64,000 nt of DNA, from assembly GCA_043751595.1 (NCBI GenBank), contig JAYUZR010000042.1:270-64269 (forward strand). The letters run 5' to 3'. The notes under the pieces are model-generated. The model made no database searches, had not been told where the DNA came from, and saw only the letters and a program-made list of their open reading frames with translations. Shown here piece by piece: positions 37,580-47,832 of this stretch (position 1 is the stretch's first letter; each line of letters opens with the position of its first letter). This DNA is from Candidatus Berkelbacteria bacterium. GTDB lineage: Bacteria; Patescibacteriota; UBA1384; CAILIB01. The position numbers and the translations under genes are program-made.

Positions 37580-38191
37580 TTATTTAGCAGAAACCCCTAC
37601 CCTCGTAGCTGAACGATACAACTCTTCAATCAACCTCTCACGGTCCCAAAGCTCAACCTGATTCACCCGCGCAAGCTCGATTGCCGCAGGATAGAAGTAA
37701 TTATTAGTAATTACCATTGCCCGCACCGCACCATACTTTGCTTTAGCCGCTACCGCCTGGCGTACCGCATCCTGATCCAGCTTAGATGAATACCGCTTAA
37801 GCTGCGCAACTGTCCCAACTTCATCCTTTACCAAAACTAAATCTGCACCATAATCTTTTGTCGCTGGAGTAGTCTGCACCTTGTAGCCATTCATCTTAAA
37901 GTGCAGCGCCATTCGGCGCTCAAAATCTACCCCACTCATGAGGTCGATTTCGGTGATGCCAGCCAATAGTAGGCGCTGATCCGCCAGGTATTGGCGATAA
38001 AGAACTACCGATACATAGATTCCAACTAGAGCAAAAGAGCCCAAAATGAGGAGGAACCGATACTCCCAACCCAGTCCAAACAACACAACCATAAAAACAA
38101 CGATTCCCATAAAAAGCGGATCATCCAGCATGCTAACCTGACGGGTGCGCCGGGTTTTGCGTGGAGCATAGGTGCGCTTGCGGTACGCCAT
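37580..38191 (-). CDS. membrane-anchored Mrr-like restriction endonuclease domain protein
   Basis: Two TM helices, then FE, DYGADL, QLKRY and ITN motifs. Confidence 0.85.
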   Translation of the reverse strand: MAYRKRTYAPRKTRRTRQVSMLDDPLFMGIVVFMVVLFGLGWEYRFLLILGSFALVGIYVSVVLYRQYLADQRLLLAGITEIDLMSGVDFERRMALHFKMNGYKVQTTPATKDYGADLVLVKDEVGTVAQLKRYSSKLDQDAVRQAVAAKAKYGAVRAMVITNNYFYPAAIELARVNQVELWDRERLIEELYRSATRVGVSAK

Positions 38192-38198
38192 ATATTTT

Positions 38199-38357
38199 CT
38201 AGCTTTCCATCCGGTACCCAATCCACATACCAAGTACCCCGCCGGCCAAGGTTCCAAAGATGGCCCACCCAGAGAATATCCCGGCCCCAAACAAGCTAGG
38301 GATATAGCCGCCAATACCCGACCCAACTACCATGCCAAGCCAGGTTACCGATTTCAT
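38199..38357 (-). CDS. 52-aa Gly-rich two-TM protein
   Basis: MKSVTWLGMVVGSGIGGYIPSLFGAGIFSGWAIFGTLAGGVLGMWIGYRMES; its ATG overlaps the upstream stop (ATGA). Confidence 0.75.
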   Translation of the reverse strand: MKSVTWLGMVVGSGIGGYIPSLFGAGIFSGWAIFGTLAGGVLGMWIGYRMES

Positions 38358-38782
38358 TTGGCAGGTTTTACCTGAGCAAGTTCTTCGAGAGTCTCGCGGA
38401 TAAACGCCAAGAACGCAGCCGGCAAATAGGCACTCTTCAAAATATACTTCGTGGCCCCGGCCGCAAGCGCTACTTTTTCGTGGTCACCATCGGCAAAGTT
38501 ACTAGAAACTACCACCGGAATATCAGCAAGCTTTGGCTGAGAACGCATTTTTTTAAGGACATCGACTCCGCTCATTTCGGGCATCATCATATCGAGCACC
38601 ACAAGATCGGGGCGAAGCTTCTTTAGAGTAGCCAGCGCCGCCTTACCCGAACTTACATGCGTTACCTCAATCCCACCATTGGTAAGAATGGCCTTGTAGA
38701 GATCGGACATAAGAGGATCGTCCTCAACCAGTAAAACGTGGGACATGCGCAAAAGATTAGCCGGAAGATCGGTCTCCATCAT
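38354..38782 (-). CDS. single-domain response regulator
   Basis: LVEDD, LDMMMP and YILK motifs. Confidence 0.9.
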   Translation of the reverse strand: MMETDLPANLLRMSHVLLVEDDPLMSDLYKAILTNGGIEVTHVSSGKAALATLKKLRPDLVVLDMMMPEMSGVDVLKKMRSQPKLADIPVVVSSNFADGDHEKVALAAGATKYILKSAYLPAAFLAFIRETLEELAQVKPAK

Positions 38783-38795
38783 AGGCTACTTCATG

Positions 38796-41168
38796 TTACC
38801 TGCCAATTGGCAGGGTAAAGACAAAGGTTGAGCCCTCGCCCTTTACTGATTCTTCAAGGTAGAGTGTACCGCCCATTCCCTCCGCCATTAGGCGCGAAAT
38901 ATAGAGCCCAAGCCCAGTTCCGTGCGAAGCATCGCGGGCGGTAATGCTACTGCCAGCCTGCTGAAACTTTCGAAACAGCAGTGACTGATTCTTAGGATCA
39001 ATCCCCTTGCCTGTATCATGCACGCTAATTTTAAGCTGTTTTTCTTCCTCTTCTACACTGACAATAATCGAGCCACCATCGGTAAACTTAATGGCATTTC
39101 CAATTAAGTTGATGAGAACCTCGCGGATTCTATCGGCATCACCCTCAACCTTAGGCAAACGGTGATGCGGCAGATGCACGATAAGCTTAAGCTTTTTCTT
39201 AGTCGCTAATACCTTAATCTCGTGGACCACATCTTTAAGTAAGGCAACCGCATCTAGTGGTTCGTGCAAAAACTCGAGACGACCCTGCTCGAGGCGAGAC
39301 ATATTAAGGAAGTCGTTTACCACTCGAAGCAGACGCGTGCCGCCCTCCACGATTCCGGCGGTAAGCTTGTTAAACCCGGGGTCTTTAATCTTGTCGCCAT
39401 ACACTGCCTGGAGGAGCGCGGCGTAGCCGTTCATGGCAGTAAGTGGTGTACGCATCTCGTGCGAAGCAATCGAGAAGAACTCTTCACGAGCCCGTTCAAG
39501 CGCCTTACTCTCGGTGGCATCTTGCACCAAAATTACTACTCCAATTACTTCATCGGCCAATACAATTGGGGTTGGATAAATCTGTAAGTAGGTAGTATCT
39601 ACCAATACCTCTTGCATCGCCTGACTCGGCCCCGGCGCCATACAGTCTTTAACCATTTGCGCCAAGTTTACCCCTCCCAGGGCATGAGAAAGGGTTGCCA
39701 GAGATTTACTTGGCCGGTGGTGCAACTTCTTTAAGAGGTGCTCCATGGCGTGGTTAAGCAGCACGATCGAGAAATTAGCATCGACCATTACAAAGCCCAT
39801 TCCCAGACCATTAATAGACGCCAAAAGTTGCGCCTGTTTTTCTTGTACTTCGCGAGTACGGTCTTCTACCTTATGCTCTACTCCCTCTTTTTCATGCTGC
39901 AGCTGATTACTAAGATCGGCCAGTAGGTGATTCTTCTCTTCAATTTGGTGCACTTTCTCGTTAAGCGAGATGAGCGAGCCTTCTAGTTTGGTAATATCGC
40001 TGGCCACCAAAATATAGCCTTCAATCTCTCCCCGCTCATCGGTTACCCGGGTAGCCGAGATGCTAACAGGAACCTCGCGCCCACCCTGTGTAAGCACCAA
40101 ACTACGCTCGATATACGCAAAGCGCTGAGAAGTAAGCGGCTTAAGCAAACCCTTTTTTAGGTGATCAAAGTCAGTGCCAAAAAAGCGCTCAAGCGACATT
40201 CCGGCAAGCTCTTCTCCGGGTAGTAATAATAGCTCGTGCGCCCGCAAATTGGCGTACTCTACCGAAAAGCTTGGATTTACCACCAATACCGCTTCTTCCA
40301 TCGTCTCCAAAATGGTGCCAGAAACCGTGGCCGGATTATAAATAAGCAAACCAAAACGGCGAATTGCGTAACTAAATACCAGCGCCATTACCGAAGTAAG
40401 GGTAACCGCCAGTGGGTAAAAGTTAATGTTAAAAATAGGAAGAATGGCATCAGTGGCGCTCCCAACAAAGAACGGAATCGAGAGAGCAATTGAGAAGTAG
40501 AGTGCCTGATATTTATCGGTTGCCCGCTTGGCGCTGCGGTAGCGCTGGACCATCAAAACAATAGAAAGCAGATAGAGCGATTCAAACCAGACAATAAAAA
40601 TAGGAAAATACTTCTCTACCCCACTATTAAATCCCCAACTCTGGATATCGAGCTGAGATTGGGTAAACGGAATAAAGGCATCGGTTGAAAGATTCAGGTA
40701 GAGGATTCCAAGCGTAGAAACTAAAAGAAAATAAAAAAGATGCGAGTTCTTAAGCCAATCATCTTTACGCAGATAGGTAAGACAAAAGATAAAGATGGAG
40801 ACTGGCAGGATTACCCACCCCACCGAGGCAAGTGTACTCCAAAAGAGGGCCCCTTCGCGGGTAAGGCTTAGGCGCTGGAGTGACTCACCGAATGACCAAA
40901 CGGTAAGAGTAAAAAGGAAAATATTAAACCAATACGAGGCTGCTGTTTTTGTTTTTAACCGGCTCATGTACACCAACAACGCACAATTGCTTACCAACGA
41001 AATAAGCGAGGCAACCGCGTACGGGTTGAACCTGAAATCGAGAATAGTAGGACGAACTCCGTAGGAAGCAAAAAGCAGCGCCCCCATAAACAGTGGCACG
41101 GCGAAGTACGGAAGTACTTTTTTAGCAAGTTTTAGAACGATGGTGCCCCTCCTGTCATACCTCTGCAT
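38796..41168 (-). CDS. 7TM/PAS sensor histidine kinase
   Basis: HisKA_7TM-like N-terminus, two PAS-like regions, ASHEMRTPL, NAIKF and GTGLGL. Start uncertain. Confidence 0.92.
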   Translation of the reverse strand: MQRYDRRGTIVLKLAKKVLPYFAVPLFMGALLFASYGVRPTILDFRFNPYAVASLISLVSNCALLVYMSRLKTKTAASYWFNIFLFTLTVWSFGESLQRLSLTREGALFWSTLASVGWVILPVSIFIFCLTYLRKDDWLKNSHLFYFLLVSTLGILYLNLSTDAFIPFTQSQLDIQSWGFNSGVEKYFPIFIVWFESLYLLSIVLMVQRYRSAKRATDKYQALYFSIALSIPFFVGSATDAILPIFNINFYPLAVTLTSVMALVFSYAIRRFGLLIYNPATVSGTILETMEEAVLVVNPSFSVEYANLRAHELLLLPGEELAGMSLERFFGTDFDHLKKGLLKPLTSQRFAYIERSLVLTQGGREVPVSISATRVTDERGEIEGYILVASDITKLEGSLISLNEKVHQIEEKNHLLADLSNQLQHEKEGVEHKVEDRTREVQEKQAQLLASINGLGMGFVMVDANFSIVLLNHAMEHLLKKLHHRPSKSLATLSHALGGVNLAQMVKDCMAPGPSQAMQEVLVDTTYLQIYPTPIVLADEVIGVVILVQDATESKALERAREEFFSIASHEMRTPLTAMNGYAALLQAVYGDKIKDPGFNKLTAGIVEGGTRLLRVVNDFLNMSRLEQGRLEFLHEPLDAVALLKDVVHEIKVLATKKKLKLIVHLPHHRLPKVEGDADRIREVLINLIGNAIKFTDGGSIIVSVEEEEKQLKISVHDTGKGIDPKNQSLLFRKFQQAGSSITARDASHGTGLGLYISRLMAEGMGGTLYLEESVKGEGSTFVFTLPIGR

Positions 41169-41199
41169 GGTACCTGATTTTGAGGTAACAAGCACTTTG

Positions 41200-41604
41200 T
41201 TATTTGAGGAGAAGGGTATTTGAACCAAGGGAAGCCGCTAGCGCATCGAAGGTTACAAACGTAAGGCGATAGTACTGGGCGAGTTTAATAAGATACCAAT
41301 CAGTGAGATGCTTACTGGGGATATCAGGAATACCTGTAGTGCCGAGTGGCTCGAGATTTGATTGTAGAACAAGTTGATACTGGCTTTCTTGCAGTGTACG
41401 AATGAGCTTATATGCATCAGCCACACCACCCAAAAACTCCTTATAAGTAGGTTGCGCCATAATGCGTACTGCACCTAAAAATGTAACCGAAGTAAGTGAC
41501 CAACCAAAAGATGAATGAACTGCATACCAAGATGTAGCCGACCTATGGTGAATGTGAGTTGGTGAAAGGAGTGCCAATAAGACATTTACATCCAGAAGGT
41601 ACAT
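41200..41604 (-). CDS. vapC: PIN domain toxin
   Basis: LLDVNVL, H..H, TD.YL and VTFD motifs. Confidence 0.85.
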   Translation of the reverse strand: MYLLDVNVLLALLSPTHIHHRSATSWYAVHSSFGWSLTSVTFLGAVRIMAQPTYKEFLGGVADAYKLIRTLQESQYQLVLQSNLEPLGTTGIPDIPSKHLTDWYLIKLAQYYRLTFVTFDALAASLGSNTLLLK

Positions 41605-41607
41605 AAC

Positions 41608-41871
41608 TTAAGCACCTAGCTGTTCTTTAAGACGTTGAATCTCTTCTGGAGTGGTTGCAACTCCAGTGTACTTCAACTCTGGTAAGCCTAGTTCGTTTAT
41701 GCGGAAGTATTCATTTATGTTGTCGTGGCGGTGCCTTCGCTCTAGAGGGGATTCACTCAAGTAAAGCGCGCACGCCTTCTCTAAAAGAACATCAAATGAA
41801 ACATTCTCCTCAAGCGCCCTAAGCTTTAGTTTGTGAGAGACCACATCGGGAATCTGAAAAGTGTGTTTCAT
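41608..41871 (-). CDS. vapB: ribbon-helix-helix antitoxin
   Basis: MKHTFQIPD..LK.RA, directly upstream of the PIN gene. Confidence 0.7.
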   Translation of the reverse strand: MKHTFQIPDVVSHKLKLRALEENVSFDVLLEKACALYLSESPLERRHRHDNINEYFRINELGLPELKYTGVATTPEEIQRLKEQLGA

Positions 41872-41912
41872 GCCCGCATCGTATTGATCGCTCCATTACA
41901 TGTAAAGTCACC

Positions 41913-41941
41913 AAAAAGCCCCGGAAAAACCGGGGCTTTTT
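41913..41941. terminator. intrinsic terminator
   Basis: aaaaagccccgg-aaaaa-ccggggcttttt. Confidence 0.85.
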
Positions 41942-41959
41942 ATCTGACCGAGAAGCGTG

Positions 41960-43252
41960 TTATTCGTAACGTAAAGCCTCGATAGGATCTTTCTTAGCTG
42001 CATTGATGGCCGGAATCGTCCCAGAAAGAAAGGCAATAAACATAATACCGGCCGCAATCAGAAGCTGGCTTCCATAAGGGAAAATAAGAAGAGTAAGACC
42101 TTCAATATCTTTAAGAAACGTCTGCTGGGCAACCGTATTAATTACTTGACCAGCAATACGAGCAAACCCAATACCGAGTAAGCTTCCCCAGAAACCAAGC
42201 AGAACGGCTTCAATACTGAAGAGTGAGAAAATGGTGCCGCGACCAAGTCCGAGGGCTTTCATCAACCCAATTTCTTTAGTGCGCTCCTGCACGCTCATCA
42301 GCAAGGTATTTACGATACCAAAGGCCGCAGCAAGTAAGGCAATGATTCCAAAGCCATTAAGTACCGTGGTAACAGCCGTTACTGCGCTAAAGATAATTTG
42401 AGACTGCTGCTTGATAGTCTTTGCCTCGTACCCATCGGCTAGCAGACTATCTTGCAGGGTTTTAAGCTGCGAATCCGTTAGGTCTTTATCGAACTCAGCA
42501 AAGAAAGCCGAGTATTGCTCAAGTTGAGCCTTAGGCAGCCCCTCTGTTTGGAAGGAATACATAGCATCAAACTCGGGAATACTGATAAACCCAGTAGCTG
42601 AGCCGATAAGACTTTTCTCTTGGAGCCCTACTACTTTTGCCGTGTAAGCCTTTGTCTCGCCCTTAGCATTGGTAAGTTGGAAGGTAACTTTTTTATCGAG
42701 CAAATCCTCTGGCTTATCGAAGCCAAACCCCTTGGCATATACCTTAGGTAAGGCAACTTCGGGCTCTGTAGCGTCTTGACTAACCAAGCGCCCAGCAACA
42801 AGATCGGTGGTAATGCCGCTGGCGCGACTAAGATCTACCTGGTATTTATCTGCGACTCCTTCTAGTTGGACAAAATCGAGGCTCAAATTGCGAACGGCAC
42901 GTACATTTTGCAGATCGGTTCGCTCTTTGAGCTTATCGAGGTCTTTTTGTACCAGAAGTACTGAACTACTTGGGCCTTGCCCACGAACATCGTTCTTTTT
43001 GCGGTCAGGGTTGTACTTAACAGGCAAGCTAGAATCTTGCGATGCATCGGGTTTAGGGACAATACCGAGGGTGTTTTCTGCGCCTAAATTACCAAGTTGG
43101 CTACTTAGGTAGTTTTGAATACCAAGCCCAGCTGCATTGGTAAGACTAAGCGTAAACGCACCAATAAAGATCGCGATTACGGTAAGAGAACTGCGCGATT
43201 TATTGCGCACCATATTGGCGCTGGCGGTTTGAAGAATATCAAGTAATTTCAT
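41960..43252 (-). CDS. MacB/FtsX-type ABC permease
   Basis: RSSLT, ERTKEIGLMKALG and DPIEALRYE. Confidence 0.93.
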   Translation of the reverse strand: MKLLDILQTASANMVRNKSRSSLTVIAIFIGAFTLSLTNAAGLGIQNYLSSQLGNLGAENTLGIVPKPDASQDSSLPVKYNPDRKKNDVRGQGPSSSVLLVQKDLDKLKERTDLQNVRAVRNLSLDFVQLEGVADKYQVDLSRASGITTDLVAGRLVSQDATEPEVALPKVYAKGFGFDKPEDLLDKKVTFQLTNAKGETKAYTAKVVGLQEKSLIGSATGFISIPEFDAMYSFQTEGLPKAQLEQYSAFFAEFDKDLTDSQLKTLQDSLLADGYEAKTIKQQSQIIFSAVTAVTTVLNGFGIIALLAAAFGIVNTLLMSVQERTKEIGLMKALGLGRGTIFSLFSIEAVLLGFWGSLLGIGFARIAGQVINTVAQQTFLKDIEGLTLLIFPYGSQLLIAAGIMFIAFLSGTIPAINAAKKDPIEALRYE

Positions 43253-43260
43253 AGGAGAAG

Positions 43261-43941
43261 TTAGACGAGACGTCCGTCTTTAATCTGAATCTTGCGCCCA
43301 CAACGCTTAGCAAGATCTTCGTCGTGAGTAACCACAATTAAGGTAATCCCCTGCTCTTTGTTTAGATCAAAAAGGAGTTGAACAATTTTCTCGCCGGTGG
43401 CGCTATCGAGGTTTCCGGTTGGCTCATCGGCAAAAATAATATCGGGCTTGTTTACCAAGGCACGAGCGATACAAACGCGCTGCTTTTGGCCACCACTTAA
43501 GTTATTTGCCTTTTGGTGCGCCTTATCTTCAAGCTCTACATCTTTTAGGGCCTGCATTGCTCGCTTAATGCGTTGCGCGCGCGGAACACCTGCAATTTTA
43601 AGCGGCAGCATTATGTTATTAAGCACGGTATCATCCGCATTTAAGAAAAATTGCTGGAAGACAAACCCAAAGGTTTCGCTACGTAAAGAATCGAGTGCCT
43701 TACCCTTAAAGCTACCGGCAGACTTTCCGTTAATAAGCACCTTGCCAAAGGTTGGTGTGTCGAGCAGGGCCAAGATGTGCATGAGGGTGGTTTTCCCCGA
43801 GCCACTCTTACCCACCACCGCTACGCTCTCGCCTTTTTGGATGGCGATATCAATATCTTGAAGTGCTGGAACGGCGGTTTCACCCTTTCCGTAGACCCTC
43901 CCTAAGCCTTCAGTTGCAAGTACAGGTACAGCTGGTGTCAT
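43261..43941 (-). CDS. ABC transporter ATP-binding protein (LolD/MacB-like)
   Basis: GKSGSGKT, LSGGQKQR and DEPTGNLD motifs. Confidence 0.95.
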   Translation of the reverse strand: MTPAVPVLATEGLGRVYGKGETAVPALQDIDIAIQKGESVAVVGKSGSGKTTLMHILALLDTPTFGKVLINGKSAGSFKGKALDSLRSETFGFVFQQFFLNADDTVLNNIMLPLKIAGVPRAQRIKRAMQALKDVELEDKAHQKANNLSGGQKQRVCIARALVNKPDIIFADEPTGNLDSATGEKIVQLLFDLNKEQGITLIVVTHDEDLAKRCGRKIQIKDGRLV

Positions 43942-43942
43942 A

Positions 43943-44179
43943 TTATGGTGTAGTTTGATCAAGAAATGCGAGGGCTGCGCTCTGCATTTGGCGAGCGTGC
44001 TCCTCAAAGGTATCAGGCTTAGCAACCACAAGTGCATCGCCACCCGGAGCTAAGAATACAAGAAGTTTATCACCGGCTTCAAGCTTAAGCTCGGTACGGC
44101 CATCGGTTGGAATAACTATCTGACCACGCTCACCCAAGGTGACGGTGCCCAGTAGTTTTGGTTTGGGAAAAGGGAACAT
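43943..44179 (-). CDS. AbrB/MazE/SpoVT family regulator
   Basis: GERGQIVIP...GDKL. Confidence 0.9.
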   Translation of the reverse strand: MFPFPKPKLLGTVTLGERGQIVIPTDGRTELKLEAGDKLLVFLAPGGDALVVAKPDTFEEHARQMQSAALAFLDQTTP

Positions 44180-44233
44180 ACAAGCACCGTATCATACTTT
44201 ACATACTTTGCATATTAATCATATTTATCCCTT

Positions 44234-44800
44234 TCAGAGCAGTAATTGGTGGATCAGCCCCCAATACGAATACACGATATAGATAAAAAGGATGGTGACT
44301 GCCGGGAAAACAATAAGATTTTCAAACCACTTTCCGGTAATAATACGCAGCCCTTGAAAAGGATGTGGCGGAATCCCAAACATGTGCTGCATTGGGAAGA
44401 AAAGTGGGACACCTTCTACCGTAACCATGTCGGCCACTAAGTGGCTCAGATAGGCCGCCATCGAAACCCTAGTAAGTAGGAAGATATCGAGCCCCCACTG
44501 AGCTGGAACTTTTGCACCTAGCCAGGTGAGCAGCCACCATACCAGGCCAGCACCCAGCAAGGAGTGGGTAAGATTGCGGTGACTTAATAACGAGCCAGAG
44601 ATTTTGCCCAAGTATTTTCCAGCTGGAATCCCTCGCCAAAAATCGCAGAGCGGTTGATCGACATCGGGTAAAAGGGCTAAAAAGTGCGAGAGCATCAGCA
44701 CCGCAAATACCATGGCCGGCTGATAGCCGACCGGATTGCTAAGCAAGTACACAGTAAAGCCAGTGGTGAGACCGATAAGTTGATGGGTGCGTCCGAGCAT
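44234..44800 (-). CDS. YdjM-like membrane metal-dependent hydrolase
   Basis: GRTH, LPDVD, HRNLTHS and SHLVAD motifs. Confidence 0.88.
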   Translation of the reverse strand: MLGRTHQLIGLTTGFTVYLLSNPVGYQPAMVFAVLMLSHFLALLPDVDQPLCDFWRGIPAGKYLGKISGSLLSHRNLTHSLLGAGLVWWLLTWLGAKVPAQWGLDIFLLTRVSMAAYLSHLVADMVTVEGVPLFFPMQHMFGIPPHPFQGLRIITGKWFENLIVFPAVTILFIYIVYSYWGLIHQLLL

Positions 44801-44901
44801 TATGAAGCTAGTATACACCGAGAGATTCACCCTTCCGACTACTGACAAAGAATGAAACTTGTGTTAGATTTTTGCGTGCCCATATGGGTATAGGAGAAAA
44901 T

Positions 44902-45546
44902 ATGAGTGGAAGGATAATCCTGATTCGCCACGGCGAGTCAGAGTGGAACGAAGCCGGCCTATTTGCCGGGATTACGGATATTGCCCTCACCTCCAAAGGA
45001 GAGGATGAAGCGCGACAAACCGCCGAGCTACTCTGCGAGCATGACGTAACGGTAGATACTGCTTTCTCGTCTCGATTAGTGCGCGCAGCGCGCACGCTAG
45101 AGATCATTGGTCAGAAAGTGCCAATCCAGCAAAAACATTATCACGCAGAGTTGCGCGAACGAGACTATGCCCAGTTTACCGGCATGAATAAAGCCGGAGT
45201 TAAAGCAATACATGGCGATCGCGCCTATAAGACCCTGCGGCGCGGTTGGGATACCCGGGTTGGGGACGCAGAAACAGGTAAGGAAGTGTACGACCGAACG
45301 ATGAGCTGGTTTGAGGCCCACGCACTTCCTCTCCTTCGCGAGGGTCAGACGGTGTTAGTGGTTTCGCACCACAACCCACTCCGCTCACTAACGGCTCACC
45401 TACAAGGAAATACTCCCGAGGAGCTAGCCGAGATCGAATTAGGAACCGCCGAGGCTCATGTGCATAAGATCGACTTTTCGGAGAGCAGACTCTCCAGAGA
45501 AGTCATTAAGCTTGGTGGAAACGCCAAGTACGGCAAAAGGGCGTAA
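44902..45546 (+). CDS. histidine phosphatase family protein (GpmA-like)
   Basis: RHGESEWN, ERDY and SHHNPLR motifs; AGGAGA SD site. Confidence 0.85.
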   Translation: MSGRIILIRHGESEWNEAGLFAGITDIALTSKGEDEARQTAELLCEHDVTVDTAFSSRLVRAARTLEIIGQKVPIQQKHYHAELRERDYAQFTGMNKAGVKAIHGDRAYKTLRRGWDTRVGDAETGKEVYDRTMSWFEAHALPLLREGQTVLVVSHHNPLRSLTAHLQGNTPEELAEIELGTAEAHVHKIDFSESRLSREVIKLGGNAKYGKRA

Positions 45547-45550
45547 AAGA

Positions 45551-45582
45551 AAAGCCCCGCTCACTGGTAAGTGAACGGGGCT
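45551..45582 (-). terminator. intrinsic terminator
   Basis: agccccgctcact...agtgaacggggct preceded by an A-run. Confidence 0.7.
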
Positions 45583-45591
45583 GATCTGTAC

Positions 45592-46176
45592 CTACCAGTT
45601 ATGAATCTTCTCTTTTCGCTTTAGCTGTCCTAGTACTTTTTCCATACGCGCTTCCAGTACTTTTGTGTTGGTTGCCGTGGCAAGCCGGTGGGCAATGGCA
45701 TACCAATTGGCCCGATCGAGCGATTCAAAGTACTCCTTCTCTTCAGGGTGTTGCTCGAGCATATCCAGAAACTCGATAGGAACTTCCATGGTACTAGCGG
45801 GAGCATAGGCCCGCTCCCATCGCCCATCTTCTTTGGCTTTTTCAATATGCACTAGGCCGCTCGGCTGCATCCGCCCCTCGGCGATTAGGCGCTCTACCTT
45901 GGCCACGTTTACCTGCGACCACACCGATTTAGCCCTGCGCTGAGTAAAGCGAATCAAATACGAGACTTCATCGTAGCGATTTATCAGACCATCAATCCAG
46001 CCCCAACAGATGGCGGACTCCACTGCCTGTTCTATGAGAATTGTCTCAATGCCACTCCCCTTTTTGTAGAGACGCAGCCAGATACCGGTAGTTTGTTCGT
46101 GGCTTTGCGCCAGCCAAGCCTCAAACTCTCGAGGAGTTGTAAAGGCGAGGACGGGAAGATCTTTGTGGGTGAGCAT
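45592..46176 (-). CDS. YdeI/OmpD-associated family protein
   Basis: AICWGWIDG, SVWSQVN and DGRWERAY. Confidence 0.9.
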   Translation of the reverse strand: MLTHKDLPVLAFTTPREFEAWLAQSHEQTTGIWLRLYKKGSGIETILIEQAVESAICWGWIDGLINRYDEVSYLIRFTQRRAKSVWSQVNVAKVERLIAEGRMQPSGLVHIEKAKEDGRWERAYAPASTMEVPIEFLDMLEQHPEEKEYFESLDRANWYAIAHRLATATNTKVLEARMEKVLGQLKRKEKIHNW

Positions 46177-46182
46177 GATCGA

Positions 46183-47157
46183 CTACTTCAGCAACCCAAC
46201 CAGCGACGTCCCGTTACTCACCCTAACTCTCGGTAACTGATACTGATCACCCGTAAACTCTTGCCCAGTAGCAACCCCAGGCTGCGTAGTGGTTGCTGAG
46301 CGATACCCAAGCTCGGCGGCTAGCCCAAGCGTTACATCGTTGTATTTGCCGGATGGGTAGCAAAAATCCAGCACCGGTACGCCGCCAAGTAGGGTCTCGA
46401 GCGCCTTTTTACTATCAGCGAGCTCGGCCCGCTGGCGATCGGGTGAAAGTGTAGCCAGGCTCTGGTGATCCACTGTATGAGAAGCAATCTCCATTCCCTC
46501 TCGATGCATCGCCACCATTTGCTCGTTGGTCATATAATGGTTGTGTCCTAACTTACCTGAGACAATATAAAACACGGCCTTCATTCCCTCTTTTTGTAAG
46601 ATAGGCAGGGCCTGGGTAAAGGCGTCGTCGTAGCCATCGTCGAAGGTAATAATGACTGGCTTTTCGGGCAGAGTACCCGCGGCGACATCGTTAAAACCAA
46701 CCGAAGTATAGCCGAGGTGCTTAAGCTCGGATAACTGCCGTGCAAGATTTTCGGGGCTTACCGAAAGGCCAATGCCAATTTTATCGTTTTGGTCCTGATA
46801 ATCGCGAATGTAGTGATACATAAGGATAGGGATCTGCTTACCCGCCGCCACCGAAAAAGCACTGGAACCACTGGGCAAAACTACCGGCTTGGCCAAAACG
46901 GGTGGAGTAGGCAGCGGCTTGGGCGTAGGGGTTGGCGTGGGCATAAGCGGATGCGGCACCACTAAATGCTCTTGGCCCGGGTCTAGGATTCTATCTGAAA
47001 CCCCCATCATCTCTTGAGCCGAAGCACCGTGAGGGTGATGCGATACTACTTTTTTGGGTCGAAAAAAGACGACCGCCAAAAGACCAGCAATAACAAGCAG
47101 TGCAACACCAAGAAGCACTAAACGACGATACGGAGAGGTGCGGATTCGAGTGGTCAT
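46183..47157 (-). CDS. membrane-anchored polysaccharide deacetylase (CE4)
   Basis: PILMYH, TFDDG, SHTVDH and FCYPSG motifs; Pro/Thr linker. Confidence 0.92.
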   Translation of the reverse strand: MTTRIRTSPYRRLVLLGVALLVIAGLLAVVFFRPKKVVSHHPHGASAQEMMGVSDRILDPGQEHLVVPHPLMPTPTPTPKPLPTPPVLAKPVVLPSGSSAFSVAAGKQIPILMYHYIRDYQDQNDKIGIGLSVSPENLARQLSELKHLGYTSVGFNDVAAGTLPEKPVIITFDDGYDDAFTQALPILQKEGMKAVFYIVSGKLGHNHYMTNEQMVAMHREGMEIASHTVDHQSLATLSPDRQRAELADSKKALETLLGGVPVLDFCYPSGKYNDVTLGLAAELGYRSATTTQPGVATGQEFTGDQYQLPRVRVSNGTSLVGLLK

Positions 47158-47199
47158 CTACCGGCCAATGGTACCAAGATTTAGCGCGCAACCCCAGAG

Positions 47200-47832
47200 C
47201 TAGGCAAGAATATGAGCGATTTGACGAGCCAAGGCCGCGTGTCCAGCCTCGGTAAGATGCACGCCATCTTCACCGACTTCCATCTCATCAGTGACATCAA
47301 GATATCCACAGCCAAGCTCTTCGCTCACCGTGCGGTATACCGCCAATAGATCGACCGACTTCTTGGTAGCGCCAGTATATTTTCCACCTTGCATGCAATA
47401 CGGAGTGAGCTCGTTAACCAACGGCGGAGATACAACCAAAACGTTAGCCCCCAACCCACGACTCTGAATACGCGCAACCAGCGTGCGCAGCATCTCCCCT
47501 ACTTCTTCAACCGAGAGAACGTAATCAGCCTTGAGCTCGTTGGTACCAAGCATCAGCACCACCCAATCAAGTGGAGCATGAGAATCGAGGCAAGGCAGAA
47601 TATACTCCGCCGCACTTCGCCCTTCTTTACCTGGACGAGGGTCTTCGCTTTCCAGTGTGCGACTATTCAGCCCCTCTTCAAGAATCTCGAACCCATCTCC
47701 CAGTAACCCTTGCAGTACGCCAGTCCAGCGCAGATTGGCCGGGTAGCGCTCGTGACTAGACCCCGGGATATACCCCCAGGTATTAGAATCGCCAAAACAC
47801 AGAATGCGGCGGGCTTGTGGGTTTTGATTCAT
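47200..47832 (-). CDS. SGNH/GDSL hydrolase
   Basis: GDSNTWG, LGTNE and DGVH motifs. Confidence 0.92.
   Translation of the reverse strand: MNQNPQARRILCFGDSNTWGYIPGSSHERYPANLRWTGVLQGLLGDGFEILEEGLNSRTLESEDPRPGKEGRSAAEYILPCLDSHAPLDWVVLMLGTNELKADYVLSVEEVGEMLRTLVARIQSRGLGANVLVVSPPLVNELTPYCMQGGKYTGATKKSVDLLAVYRTVSEELGCGYLDVTDEMEVGEDGVHLTEAGHAALARQIAHILA

Noticed and set aside
38192-38326. N-terminal extension of the Mrr-like ORF
   Set aside because: The region is better explained by the 52-aa membrane protein in another frame.
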